Shown here: positions 21,792 to 33,387 of the stretch, in pieces | Numbering within the stretch: position 1 is the stretch's first letter | Layout: each line of letters starts with the position of its first letter | Assembly (NCBI GenBank): GCA_963707635.1 | Contig: OY970173.1 | Span: 1,472,001 to 1,536,000 of the forward strand | From: Candidatus Latescibacterota bacterium | GTDB lineage: Bacteria > Krumholzibacteriota > Krumholzibacteriia > WVZY01 > JAKEHA01 | DNA length: 64,000 nt | Direction: 5' to 3' | Notes under the pieces: model-generated | What the model saw: only the letters and a program-made list of their open reading frames with translations | Databases searched by the model: none | What the model was told of the DNA's origin: nothing | Made by a program: the position numbers and the translations under genes

Positions 21792-24700
21792 ATGTGGCTG
21801 GGTCGGGATAATAGCGTTCGGGTGCTGGTGCCGGTGTTCTTGGCGGCGATCGTTTCCTCGGGGGGTGCGGCGACGCTGTCGCACACCGTCATCCTCTCGA
21901 GCGAACGCGTTCGACTGTCGCCCGGCCCGGGTGGACTGAGCGTGTCGGTCGACGACCGTGCGTACACGACGCTTGCGGATCCAGGACTGCCGGCGCTCCC
22001 GTTTCGCGTGGTGAGCTTCGTGCTGCCTCAGGGGGAAGACGTCGGCGGCTTTCGGGCCGTCGAGTCCGGCCGGCGCGTGATCTCCGCCGGGGCGGAGCTG
22101 GCCGTGGCCGGCCCGGCGCGCAGCGAGGACGGCGGCGAAGGCGTCGGCGCCGCCATGGCGTCGCGAGCCGGCGGGCTGTATCCGTCGGAGCGCGCTCGCC
22201 TGCTCGGGGTGGGCCGGCTGCACGGCTACACCATCGCGAGCTTCGCGGTATTCCCACTCCAGGTCGAAGATACGGAACTGACGGCGTCGGATCGGATCAC
22301 GCTCGAAGTGGAGACGGTGCCGTCGACCCGCCCGGCGGTCACGTTGCAGCGCGCCCGCGCCGCGGTCCGCCAGCGCGCGCGCGCCGAACTGGCGAGTCTG
22401 GTAGTCAATCCCGCCGACGCGGATGCCTACCTGTTCGCGGAACCCGTCGTGCCGAAGCCGCAAGGCGGGTTCAGCCCGACGTCGTTTCCGTCGCTGGAGG
22501 GGAGCGCGGTGGACTACGTGATCGTCACGCCGGACTCACTCGCCGCGGCGTACCAGGCCCTCGCGGACTTCAAGACCCGCAAGGGCGTGCCCACCGTCGT
22601 TCGCACGGTTGAATGGATCCAGGCCAACTACCGCAACGGTTCCGACCTGCAGGAGACGATCCGCAACTTCGTGATCGACGCCTACCAGAAGTGGGGCATC
22701 ACCTACCTTCTCCTCGGCGGCGACACGAGCGAGGTTCCGGTTCGGTTCGCGTACAGCGGCTTTTACGACGGCGGTCGTTTTCTGCCCGTCGACATGTACT
22801 TCGGCTGCCTCGACGGTGACTGGAACGACGACCACGACGAGGTCTTCGGTGAGGCGGCACCTTACGACAACCCCGACCTCTACGCGGAGGTCTACGTCGG
22901 CCGGATGCCGAGTTCGTCGGTTGCCGAAGTGAACATGCTGATCGGAAAAGTGATCGCTTACGAGACGCCCCTCGACATGACCCTCGGCCAGAAGGTCCTG
23001 CTGCTCGGTGAGATCCTCTTTCCGACGAACTGGACGCCTCCCCAGGTGATCACGCTCAACGGGCCCGATCTCATCGAACCCATTTACAACAATGAAATGC
23101 TCCCGGTGGCCGGACTGAACGCGCTGCGCATGTACGAGACCGAAGAGTTGTACCCGGGCGCGGTGGACGAGAACCGCGCGGCGGTGATCGCCCAGCTCAA
23201 TGCCGGCTACAACCACGTGGTTCACATCGGCCACGGGTACCGCTTCAACATGTCGGTGGGCGACGTGAGCATCGTCAACGCCGACGCGGACGCGCTCACC
23301 AACGGAAACCGCCTCTCGTGCCTGTATTTCCTGAATTGTACGGGTGCCGCCTACAACTACTACTGCCTGGCCGAGCACTACCTGCGCAACCCGAACGGCG
23401 GCGCCGTTTCGGTGGTCGGGGCCAACGAAAGCGCGTTTCCGAACGCGTCCACCGCCTACATGAACGAGTACTACCACCGTGTGTTCACCAGCGGGGTGAA
23501 GCACATCGGGGAAGCGTTTGCGCGCTCGAGGCTGCCGCGGACGGTGCTGGCGGAACTCGGCGACAACGTCGACCTGTGGACGCACTACATCTACACCCTG
23601 CTCAGCGACCCCGAACTTTCCCTGTGGACCGGCCCCGTGACCACGCTGAGCGTGAACCACCCGGCGAGCGTGTCGAAGGGGACCCATTCGATTCTGGTGA
23701 CCGTGACGAGCGGCGGGAACCCGGTCGATTCCGCGACGGTGTGCCTGTCGAAGGCGGACGAGGACTACGAGGTGGGGGTCACGAACGGGGCGGGCCAGGT
23801 GACGCTGTCGTTCCGCGCGGAAACGACGGGCAACATCGACGTCGTGGTCACCGGGCCCAACCACGCCCGCCACGAAAGCACGATCAGCGTGGGCGGGACG
23901 GGCGCCTATGTGGCCATCAGCTCGATGACCATCGACGACGACGGCGCGGGAGGGACGAGCGGGAACGGCAACGGGGTGATCGATGCGGGAGAGACGGTGG
24001 ACCTCGCGATCACGCTCAAGAATACCGGGACCGCGGCGACCAACAACGTGACCGCGACCCTGCGCAGCACCGACGCCGGGGTGACGCTCGTCGACAGCAC
24101 GGCGGGGGTGGGCGTCATCGCCGCGGCCGGGACCGCGCTGGCCACGGGTGGGGTGCGCGTGACGTTCTCGTCCTCGCTCGGGGACGCCCACGCCGTGCCC
24201 TTCACGCTCGTGATCAAGAACGACGGCACCCCGACCTGGACCGACGAGTTCAAGAAAGAGGCTCACCGTCCCGTGCTGGACCTGGTGAAGCTGCGGGTGG
24301 ACGACACTGGGACCGGCAACGGCAACGGCATCGTGGAGAACGGCGAGCAATTCAAGCTATTCTACAAGGTGAAGAACTTCGGGACGGGGGCGTACCCGGG
24401 AGGGAACGGCACCGTCAGCGACCTCGACACGGCGTTCACGCTGGTGGACCCGACCGACCCCTACCCCGTCATCGCGGCGCACGGGCAGGCGGAGAACACG
24501 GGCGGGTTCGTGCTGGTGGAAGCGGACGCGTCGGTGGAGCACCGGTTGCGGATATCGATCGTCGACCTGTACGGGCGGGCGTACGTGGACACGGTGGAGC
24601 TGCGGGTGCCGACGGCGCCGAGCGCGCTCGTGATCGACCCCAGCCTGGGACCGGACCGGTTGAAAGTGACGTGGACGGCGAGTCCGAGCCCGGACGTGGC

Positions 24701-26750
24701 ACACTACAATATTTACCGTTCGTTGAACGCGGGCGGTCCGTTCGTGCTCGCCAACGCGGACCCGGTTGCGCACGCCATTTTCGTCAACGTCGGCCTGGCG
24801 CCGAACACCGCCTACTATTTCAAGGCCAGCGCCCTCGACGAGGACGGCAACGAGAGCGGGATGTCCGCCGCCGCTTCCGGGAGCACCAACCCGAAACAGA
24901 TGTCCGGCTGGCCGATCGCGATGAAGGCGGAGACCAGCTCGTCACCGGCGGTGGGCGACATCGACGGCGACGGCGACAACGAGATCGTCGTGGGCGCCGA
25001 CCGCGTCTACGCGTGGCACGCGAATGGAATCGAAATGGTCGACGGCGACAACGATGCCCAGAGCTGGGGCGTGATTTCCCCGCTCGGCAGCTCGTTCGTG
25101 TCGAGCGTGGCGCTGGCCCGCATCGACCATGAGCCCGGGCTCGACATCGTGGCGGCGTCGCGCGACTCGCGCGAGGTCTTCGTATTCAACTACCAGGGTG
25201 ATGTGCTGACGGGGTGGCCCCAGGAGGTGGAGAACACGCTGCGCGCGGGAATGGTGGTCGCCGACCTGGATGGAAACGGGCTCTTCGAAATCGTCGCGGT
25301 CGACGAGAAAGGTGTCATCTACGCCTGGAAGGCGGACGGCACCGAGTTCATCGACGGCGACGCGAACCCGGCGACGCCGGGCGTCTTCTATCGCATGCCC
25401 AACTGCACGTTCAACTACTCGACACCGGCGGCGGCCGACATCGACAACGACGGCAAGGACGAACTGATCGTGGGGTCGCAGGGTGATCTCGTTTACGTAT
25501 TCAACGAGAACGCGAGCATGTCCCCCGGCTGGCCGTTCGCGCTGGTTAGCGACATCGCGGGCAGCCCGGTGGTGGGCGACGTCGACGCGAACGGCGATCT
25601 CGAGATCGCTTTCAATGAGGCGGGCGGGTCGCTGTGGGTCCTCAACCACGACGCCACCACGCTGATGTATCAGTACTTCACCAACAACCCGGCGAACAAT
25701 TTCTTTTCGACCTCGCCGGCGCTCGGCAATATCACCGGCGACGCGAAGCTCGAGATCGTGGTGGCGAGGGCGAGCGGGAAGATCTACGCGATGTCCAGCA
25801 CCGGCGTGGTGCTGCCCGGCTGGCCGGTGAATTACTCGGTGACGACCTACAGCGAATCGTCGCCGATTATCGCCGACCTGGACGGCAACGGATCTCCGGA
25901 CATCGTTATGGGTGACGAAACCCAGTTCATCGATGCGTTCAATGTGAGCGGCCAGTCGATTGCGGGTTTTCCGTTGGCGACCAGCGATGCGATGCGCGGG
26001 GTTCCGACCGCGGCGGATGTGGACCAGGACGGGAGCGTGGATCTGGTGGCGGCGGGCTGGGACAAGAATGTCTACGCGTGGGACTTCACGGGGACATGGA
26101 ATCCGGCGAATGCGCCGTGGCCGCGCTTCCACGCCAACCTGCACAACAACGGACGCATGGGATTCGTGGTGCCCACGCCGGTGCACGGAGTCTCGTTCAA
26201 CGTCACGCGGCGGGATGCGGGAATGGAACTGGTGTGGGCGGTACCCACGGAAGCGGGCGGCGAGTTCACGGTGAGGCGGGCGGAAGTGGTGGGCGGAGAG
26301 ACGGGGGGATTCGCGCTGGTGACGGCGGGGGTGGGGATCGGTGTGGACGGGATGGTGCGGGTGGTGGACCGGGGTGTGGAGATGGGGTCGCGCTACGTGT
26401 ATCACCTGGAGAACACGGGGGGGACGTTGATCCACGAGACGGCGGGGTTGTACGTGCCGGTGACACGCGCGGTGCTGGGCCAGAACTACCCGAATCCGTT
26501 CAACCCGGTGACAAAGATCGAGTACTGGGTGCCGGAGGGATCGGGCAAGACGCCGGTGAGCCTGGTGATCTACGACGTGCGGGGGGCGCGGGTGCGGACG
26601 GTGGTGAACGAGGGGCAGGCGGCGGGCCGGTATGTGGTGGAGTGGGACGGGCGGGACGACCGGGGGACGCGGGCCGCCTCGGGGGTCTACTTCTACCGTA
26701 TGACGGCGTCCGGTTTCGCGGACGTCCGCAAGATGGTGTTGATGAAGTAG
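21792..26750 (+). CDS. C25 gingipain-family peptidase with FN3, FG-GAP and FlgD/T9SS-like CTD (copy 2)
   Basis: Same architecture as copy 1; HIGHG and FLNC; RBS GAGGAG. Confidence 0.88.
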   Translation: MWLGRDNSVRVLVPVFLAAIVSSGGAATLSHTVILSSERVRLSPGPGGLSVSVDDRAYTTLADPGLPALPFRVVSFVLPQGEDVGGFRAVESGRRVISAGAELAVAGPARSEDGGEGVGAAMASRAGGLYPSERARLLGVGRLHGYTIASFAVFPLQVEDTELTASDRITLEVETVPSTRPAVTLQRARAAVRQRARAELASLVVNPADADAYLFAEPVVPKPQGGFSPTSFPSLEGSAVDYVIVTPDSLAAAYQALADFKTRKGVPTVVRTVEWIQANYRNGSDLQETIRNFVIDAYQKWGITYLLLGGDTSEVPVRFAYSGFYDGGRFLPVDMYFGCLDGDWNDDHDEVFGEAAPYDNPDLYAEVYVGRMPSSSVAEVNMLIGKVIAYETPLDMTLGQKVLLLGEILFPTNWTPPQVITLNGPDLIEPIYNNEMLPVAGLNALRMYETEELYPGAVDENRAAVIAQLNAGYNHVVHIGHGYRFNMSVGDVSIVNADADALTNGNRLSCLYFLNCTGAAYNYYCLAEHYLRNPNGGAVSVVGANESAFPNASTAYMNEYYHRVFTSGVKHIGEAFARSRLPRTVLAELGDNVDLWTHYIYTLLSDPELSLWTGPVTTLSVNHPASVSKGTHSILVTVTSGGNPVDSATVCLSKADEDYEVGVTNGAGQVTLSFRAETTGNIDVVVTGPNHARHESTISVGGTGAYVAISSMTIDDDGAGGTSGNGNGVIDAGETVDLAITLKNTGTAATNNVTATLRSTDAGVTLVDSTAGVGVIAAAGTALATGGVRVTFSSSLGDAHAVPFTLVIKNDGTPTWTDEFKKEAHRPVLDLVKLRVDDTGTGNGNGIVENGEQFKLFYKVKNFGTGAYPGGNGTVSDLDTAFTLVDPTDPYPVIAAHGQAENTGGFVLVEADASVEHRLRISIVDLYGRAYVDTVELRVPTAPSALVIDPSLGPDRLKVTWTASPSPDVAHYNIYRSLNAGGPFVLANADPVAHAIFVNVGLAPNTAYYFKASALDEDGNESGMSAAASGSTNPKQMSGWPIAMKAETSSSPAVGDIDGDGDNEIVVGADRVYAWHANGIEMVDGDNDAQSWGVISPLGSSFVSSVALARIDHEPGLDIVAASRDSREVFVFNYQGDVLTGWPQEVENTLRAGMVVADLDGNGLFEIVAVDEKGVIYAWKADGTEFIDGDANPATPGVFYRMPNCTFNYSTPAAADIDNDGKDELIVGSQGDLVYVFNENASMSPGWPFALVSDIAGSPVVGDVDANGDLEIAFNEAGGSLWVLNHDATTLMYQYFTNNPANNFFSTSPALGNITGDAKLEIVVARASGKIYAMSSTGVVLPGWPVNYSVTTYSESSPIIADLDGNGSPDIVMGDETQFIDAFNVSGQSIAGFPLATSDAMRGVPTAADVDQDGSVDLVAAGWDKNVYAWDFTGTWNPANAPWPRFHANLHNNGRMGFVVPTPVHGVSFNVTRRDAGMELVWAVPTEAGGEFTVRRAEVVGGETGGFALVTAGVGIGVDGMVRVVDRGVEMGSRYVYHLENTGGTLIHETAGLYVPVTRAVLGQNYPNPFNPVTKIEYWVPEGSGKTPVSLVIYDVRGARVRTVVNEGQAAGRYVVEWDGRDDRGTRAASGVYFYRMTASGFADVRKMVLMK
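26190..26738 (+). repeat. C-terminal cassette repeat, copy B
   Basis: Matches copy A over 26190..26654 and copy C over 26248..26738. Confidence 0.92.
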
Positions 26751-26777
26751 TGGTTTGTGATGCGCGGGCGTCGGAGG

Positions 26778-26807
26778 TTGACTCCGCCGCACCGCGCGGG
26801 GTATACT
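26778..26807 (+). promoter_or_regulatory. sigma70 promoter of C25 protease gene 3
   Basis: TTGACT, 18 bp, TATACT; about 210-nt leader to ATG 27021. Confidence 0.7.
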
Positions 26808-27020
26808 CAATCCTCCTCGAATCGCAGGCACGACAACCGCGGGGGCTATAAGGCACATCGCGAACTGCTACCAACGACCGTTGTTTTTCTCTCCATAATC
26901 AGGCCAACGAAGACCTTGTCCGAGCGCCGGAGCGGCGTGCGCCGCCGGCACGGACCCGAACCATCGAGCGTTGATCGCCCGGCGCTTGCGCCGGCCGCAC
27001 GGGTTGCTACGGGAGGACTC

Positions 27021-30000
27021 ATGATCTCGCGACACACAGCCTGCTCTTTCATCCTCGGCGCGTCCCTGCTGGCCCTCGGCCTGTGTCCCGCGCCCGCGAG
27101 GGCCGCGAGTCTTTCGATCCGGGTATCGGTTCCGCGCGACCCGGTCAGCGTAAAAGCGTTACCCCAGGGCGACGTCATCCACGTTCCGGGGGCGGGCTGG
27201 GAGTCGCTGCAGGACCCGGGGCAGCCGGAGATCCCGTACCGCCTCGTGCGCGTGCTCCTTCCCCAGGGAGAAACGGTGGAGAGTTTCGCGGTGGCGTCGG
27301 CCGAGCCGCGACTGGTTCGTACCTACGTCCGCCCCGTGCTCGCGGGCCCGATTGAGGCGGACGACGGCGGCGCCGTCACGACACCGTCGTTGCTGGCGGG
27401 CGTGGCGGGGTCATCGTTCCCGCGGGAACGCGCCGTTCTCCTGGGTTCCGGGATCCGCCATGGCTACACGGTGGCGACCTTTGCCGTGTTTCCGCTCGAG
27501 ATTCGGGACAGTGCCCTCTACGCGTTCGACGAGCTCGAGTTGTCGATTCAAACCCGCGCGTCCACGATTGCACCCGCTGTGCGCCAGCGGTTTCGCGAGG
27601 GATTCCGCGCGCACGAGCGCGCGCGCGTCGCCGCCGAAGTCCTCAACCCCGAAATGCTGAACGCCTACACGTTCTCCGAGACGGTGGTGGCGAAGGCCCC
27701 CGGCGGGTTCAACGTGTCGGTGTTCCCTTCGCTCGAGGGCAGCGCGGTGGACTACGTGATCATCACGCCCGACGCGTTCGCCGCCACCATGCAGGCGCTG
27801 GCCGATTGGAAGACGCTGAAGGGTGTGCCGACGGTGGTCAGAACGACGGAGTGGATCGCCGCGAATTACCGCAACGGATCCGACCTCGCCGAGACCATCC
27901 GGAACTTCGTGATCCAGGCCTACGCGAAGTGGGGGACTACCTACGTGCTGCTCGCGGGAGACGTCGAGCAGGTGCCCGCGCGGCTCGCGTGGAGCGCCTA
28001 CTACGACGACGGTCGCTTATTCCCGGTCGACATGTACTACGGCTGCCTCGACGGTGATTGGAACGCGGACCACGACGCCGTCTTCGGCGAGTTCGGCACC
28101 GACGACGCGGACCTGATTGCGGAAGTGTACGTCGGCCGACTCCCGATGCGAACGACGACCGAAGCGAGCGTCATGATCGACAAGGTGATGGATTACGAGC
28201 GACCGGACTACGCGACCTACGCGAACAAGGTCCAGGTGCTGGCCGAGGTCCTGTTCCCGTCGAACTGGGAACCCAACGACGAGATCTCGCTCAACGGTGC
28301 CGACATCGCCGAATTCGTTCGCACTCAGTGGCTGAATGACCCTGCGCTGAAGGTGACGCGCATGTACCAGACCGACAGCCTGTTCCCGGGCTCACTCCCG
28401 GAGACGCGGCAAGCCGCCCTCGATTCGATGGCCACGGGGTACAACCACGTGATCCACGTTGGGCACGGCTTCCGCTTCAATATGTCGGTGGGAGACGCGA
28501 GCATCGTCAACGCCGATGCCGACGCGCTGGCCAACACCGGGCGGCTCAGCAACCTGAACCTGCTCAACTGCACCGCCGTCGCCTACACCTACGAATGTCT
28601 GGCGGAGCATTTCCTGCGCAACCCCACGGGAGGGGCGGTGTCGGTCGTCGGCTCCAACGACAGCGCGTTTCCGACCGTGGCCGCGGACTACATGTACGAG
28701 TACTACCGGCTGCTCTTCAACCAGAACATCACCCACCTGGGCGAGACCTTCGCGCTCTCCCGCGAATCGCGCACCTCATTCGCGCTCGGCGGCGACAACA
28801 TCGACCGCTGGACGCACTTCGCCTACACCCTGCTCGGGGACCCCGAGATGCCGTTGTGGACGCGATCCGTGGCACCCCTCGCCGTTGCCAAGCCCGCCAG
28901 CGTCGGCAAGGGAAAGACCGCGATTCTGCTGACCGTGACCAGCGGAGGCAACCCGGTCGATTCGGCGCGGGTGTGCCTCTCGAAGGGGGACGAGGACTAC
29001 GGCGTTGGCACGACCAACGCCTCCGGCCAGGTCACTCTCAACTTTCGCGCCGAGACCACGGGCCTCATCGACGTGGTGGCGACCGGGTTGAATTACAAGC
29101 GCTACCAGGGGACGATCACCGTGGCTGGCACCGGCTCGTACCTGAGCATGCATTCGATGACCATCGACGACGACAACGTGTCCGGGACGAGCGGCAACGG
29201 CAACGGCGTGATCGAAGCGGGCGAGACCGTGGACTTTGCGATCAGGGTCAGAAACACGGGCACGGCGACGTCGCCCGGCACACTCAACATCCGCCTGCGC
29301 TGCCCTGCCGGCGGTGTCACCATTTCGGACAGCACCGCGAGCATTTCGGGCACCATCCCGGCCGGAGGCAATTCGCTGGCTACGGGCGGCGTGCGTGTCG
29401 TGTTCCCCTCCTCGCTGGCCGACGAGCAGGCAATTCGCTTCCTGTTGATCATACGGTCCAACACGACGGAGGTCTCACGGGATGATTTCAAGAAAGAGGT
29501 GCACCGGCCGAAGCTTGACCTGGTGAAGCTGCGAGTAGACGACACCGGAACGGGCAACGGCAACGGCATCGTGGAGGACGGCGAGCAGTTCAAGCTGTTC
29601 TACAAGGTGAAGAACTTCGGGACGGGAACCTACCCGGGCGGGAACGCCACCCTCACCGACCTGGACGCCGGGTTCACGCTGGTGGATCCCACCGATCCGT
29701 ACCCCACCATCCTGCCTCACCTGCAGGCGGAAAACACGACCGGGTTCGTGCTGGTGGAGCCGAACACGTCCACGGAGCACCGACTGCGGCTGTCGATCAT
29801 CGACACATACGGGCGCGCGTACGTGGACACGCTGGAGCTGCGGGCACCAGTGCCGCCCGCCGACCTGACGGTCGACCCGAGCCTCGGGCCGGACCGCCTG
29901 AAGCTGACCTGGCCGGTGAGCGCCAGCCCCGACGTCGCGCACTACAATATCTACCGTTCGCTCAACGCGGGCGGGCCGTTTGCGCTCGTCAACGGGGACC

Positions 30001-31980
30001 CGGTGGCGCACACTCTTTTCATCAACACGGGCTTGAGCTCCACCACCAAGTACTATTACAAGACGAGCACGCTCGACGCGTCGGGCAACGAGAGCGCTCT
30101 CTCCGCGCTTTACTCCGGAAGCACGAACCCGGCCCAGCTGGCCGGGTGGCCGATCAACATGCTCATGGAAACGACGTCGTCGCCGGCAGTGGGCGACATC
30201 GACGGCGATGGCGACAACGAGATCGTGGTCGGGGACAAGTACGTCTACGCCTGGCACGCCAACGGCATCGAGATGCAGGACGGAGACAACGACGCCCTGA
30301 CCTGGGGACCCATCAACAAGGACGGCGATTCGTTCATCTCGCACGTGACGTTGGCGCAAATCGATCAACTGCCCGGTCTCGACATCGTGGCCGCCTCGCG
30401 CAACACCCGACAGGTGTTCGTATTCGACCATACCGGCGCGGCGCTGCCCGGCTGGCCGCAGCCGGTCGAGAACATGATCCGTGCCGGCGTGGCGGTCGGC
30501 GACCTCGAAGGTGACGCGATCCCCGAGATCGTCGCGATCGATGAGCTGGGGGTCATCTACGTCTGGAGGCCCAACGGCACCGAACTCATCGACGGCGACT
30601 TCAACCCGGCGACCCAGGGCGTCTTCAAGCGTCTCACGGGCGCGACGTTCCACTATTCCACGCCCGCGCTTGCCGACATCGACAACGACGGCAGGGATGA
30701 GATCATCGTGGGCACGCAGGCGGACCAGCTGTACGCGTTCAACAAAGATGGAAGCAGCGTGCCCGGGTTCCCGGTCGCGCTCGGCTCGGACATCGCCGGC
30801 AGCGCTGCTGTGGGCGATGTTGACGGCGATGGTGATCTCGAGATCGTCGTCAACACGGCGGGCGGAACGGTGAAGGCGCTTCACCACACCGGTGCCACTC
30901 TGTGGAGCCGCAACTTCGTGAACGGGCTGTTCTTCGGCCCCTCTCCCGCGCTGGCGGACGTCGACGCCGACGGTAAGCTGGAGACGTTCATCCCGTCCGC
31001 CGACGGCAAGCTCTACGCGATCGACTTCACCGGCGCCGACCGGGCCGGTTTCCCGGTGACGTACTCGGCCGCGACCTACACCGAGTCATCGCCGATCGTC
31101 GCGGACATCGACGGCGACGGGCTGCACGACGTCGTGCTGGGCTCCGAGGAAAAGAACGTGTGGGCGTGGAATCGGAGCGGTGTGGCGCTTGACGGTTTCC
31201 CGCTGACAACCAGCGACGCGATGCGCGGGGTTCCGACGGCGGCGGACGTGGACCAGGACGGGAAGCGTGGACCTGGTGGGGGCGGGGTGGGACAAGAACG
31301 TCTATATTTGGGACTTTACGGGGACGTGGAATCCGGCGAACGCACCGTGGCCGCGCTTCCACGCCAACCTGCACAACAACGGGCGGCTCGGGTTCCTGAT
31401 GCCAGTGCCCGTGCAGGGAGCGTCGTTCGTCTTCGCGATTCACGATGAGGGGATGGAGCTGGCGTGGAAGGTTCCCGCGGAAGCGGGCGGGGAGTTCACG
31501 GTGAGGCGGGCGGAAGTGGTGGGCGGGGAGACGGGCGGATTCGCGCTGGTGACGGCGGGGGTGGGGATCGGCGTGGACGGGATGGTGCGGGTGGTGGACC
31601 GGGGCGTGGAGATGGGGTCGCGCTACGTGTACCACCTGGAGAACACGGGGGGGACGTTGATCCACGAGACGGCGGGGTTGTACGTGCCGGTGACACGCGC
31701 GGTGCTGGGCCAGAACTACCCGAATCCGTTCAACCCGGTGACAAAGATCGAGTACTGGGTGCCGGAGGGATCGGGCAAGACGCCGGTGAGCCTGGTGATC
31801 TACGACGTGCGGGGGGCGCGGGTGCGCACGGTGGTGAACGAGGGGCAGGCGGCGGGCCGCTACGTGGTGGAGTGGGACGGGCGGGACGACCGGGGGACGC
31901 GGGCCGCCTCGGGGGTCTATTTCTATCGCATGACGGCGTCCGGCTTCTCGGACGTCCGCAAGATGGTGCTCGTCAAGTAG
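27021..31980 (+). pseudogene. C25 gingipain-family peptidase (copy 3) with a +1 frameshift at 31263-31264
   Basis: GGAGG plus ATG 27021; HVGHG and LNC; GACGGGAAGCGTG versus GACGGGAGCGTG in copy 2, with the copy2-copy3 offset changing from 5229 to 5230; the C-terminus continues in ORF 31267..31980. Confidence 0.85.
31478..31968 (+). repeat. C-terminal cassette repeat, copy C
   Basis: Aligns without gaps to 26248..26738 (offset 5230); a further shared block at 25981..26150 and 31210..31380. Confidence 0.92.
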
Positions 31981-32044
31981 GCGCCACACGCCGGTTTGCG
32001 CCGGCCCTCGCGGGGCCGGCGACGTCGAACCGACAATTCCAGCG

Positions 32045-32073
32045 TTGACACCGCCGGGGCCGTGGGGTAGGTT
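32045..32073 (+). promoter_or_regulatory. sigma70 promoter of acyl-CoA dehydrogenase-etfBA
   Basis: TTGACA, 17 bp, TAGGTT. Confidence 0.6.
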
Positions 32074-32188
32074 CGGGCTCGGCCAACCGCCGTCCTGGTG
32101 CCTCGCTTCATCTCGGTCACATTTCGAGTTTACGCCGCATGAGCCGCCGACTTCACGGCGAAGCCCAAACCACCTCAAAGAGGGTATC

Positions 32189-33337
32189 GTGCAGTTCATT
32201 CTGACCGAAGAGCAACGCCTGATCCAGCAGACGGCCCGGGAGTTCGCCGACAACGAGGTGGCCCCCGTCGCCGACCGGCACGACCGCGAGGGGAGGTTCC
32301 CGCTCGAGCTCGTCAAGAAGCTGGGGAAGATGGGATTCCTCGGCATGCTGATACCGGAAGCCTACGGCGGGACGGCGGCCGGGAATCTCTGCCTGGTCCT
32401 CGCGCTGGAGGAATTGAACCGGGTGTGCGCGTCGACCGGCGTGACCGTGTCGGTGCACAACTCGCTGGTGAGCGCCCCGATCGTCCATTGGGGCAGCGAA
32501 GAGATCAAGCGCAAGTATCTGCCCAGGCTCGCCACCGGCGAGCTGCTCAGCGCGTACGCGTTGAGCGAACCCGGTTCGGGCAGCGATGCCGCGGGCCTGG
32601 TCACCAGCGCGGTTCGTGACGGCAACGACTACGTCCTCAACGGGACGAAGAACTTCATTACCACCGGCGCGGAGGCCGACGTGGCCATCGTCATGGCCCG
32701 CACCGACCCCTCCCACAAGACGCGCGGGATCACCGCCTTCGTGCTCGAGCGCGACATGAAGGGGTACGTAATCGGAAAGAAGGAAGACAAGCTCGGACTG
32801 CGGGCGTCGAGCACGGTGCAGCTCGTATTCGAGGACTTGCGCGTGCCGGCGAGCCAGATCCTTGGCGGGGAGGGCGTGGGGTTCAAGATCGCCATGCACA
32901 CGCTCGACGGGGGCCGCATCGGCATCGCGGCCCAGGCGGTGGGAATTGCGCAGGCCTGCCTCAACGCGTCGATCAAGTACGCCGAGGAGCGCGAGGCCTT
33001 CGAACAACCGATCGGCAAGTTCCAGGCGATCCAGTGGAAGCTCGCCAACATGGCGACGCGGATCGAGGCGGCTCGTTTTCTGGTGTACAACGCCGCCCGC
33101 CTCAAGGACGCGGGTCAGCCCCACGGCAAGGAGGCCGCGATGGCCAAGCTGTTCGCGTCCGAAACCGCCAACGACGCGGCGCGCGACGCGGTGCAGATCC
33201 ACGGGGGTGCGGGGTATCTGGAGGACTTTCCGGTGGAACGGCACTTCCGCGACGCGCGCATCACCGAGATCTACGAAGGCACGAGCGAGATCCAGCGGCT
33301 GGTGATCGCGCGACACTTGCTCAAGAACTTGAGCTGA
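32189..33337 (+). CDS. Acyl-CoA dehydrogenase (short/branched-chain, Bcd-like)
   Basis: ALSEPGSGSDA, NGTKNFIT, QIHGGAGY and IYEGTSEIQR; GTG start 32189. Confidence 0.95.
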   Translation: MQFILTEEQRLIQQTAREFADNEVAPVADRHDREGRFPLELVKKLGKMGFLGMLIPEAYGGTAAGNLCLVLALEELNRVCASTGVTVSVHNSLVSAPIVHWGSEEIKRKYLPRLATGELLSAYALSEPGSGSDAAGLVTSAVRDGNDYVLNGTKNFITTGAEADVAIVMARTDPSHKTRGITAFVLERDMKGYVIGKKEDKLGLRASSTVQLVFEDLRVPASQILGGEGVGFKIAMHTLDGGRIGIAAQAVGIAQACLNASIKYAEEREAFEQPIGKFQAIQWKLANMATRIEAARFLVYNAARLKDAGQPHGKEAAMAKLFASETANDAARDAVQIHGGAGYLEDFPVERHFRDARITEIYEGTSEIQRLVIARHLLKNLS

Positions 33338-33387
33338 CGGCCCCGGCCGTCCCTCAACCTGGAGACCGGTTTGCGAGGAGGTCTGGA

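Noticed and set aside
26990..27010. GGCCGCACGGGTTGCT as a sigma54 promoter for C25 copy 3
   Set aside because: GG-to-GC spacing is 11 rather than 10, and it is too close to the RBS
21198..31968. C-terminal repeats as a diversity-generating retroelement (TR/VR)
   Set aside because: No reverse transcriptase in the window; all copies are in coding genes; mismatches are few and not confined to adenines
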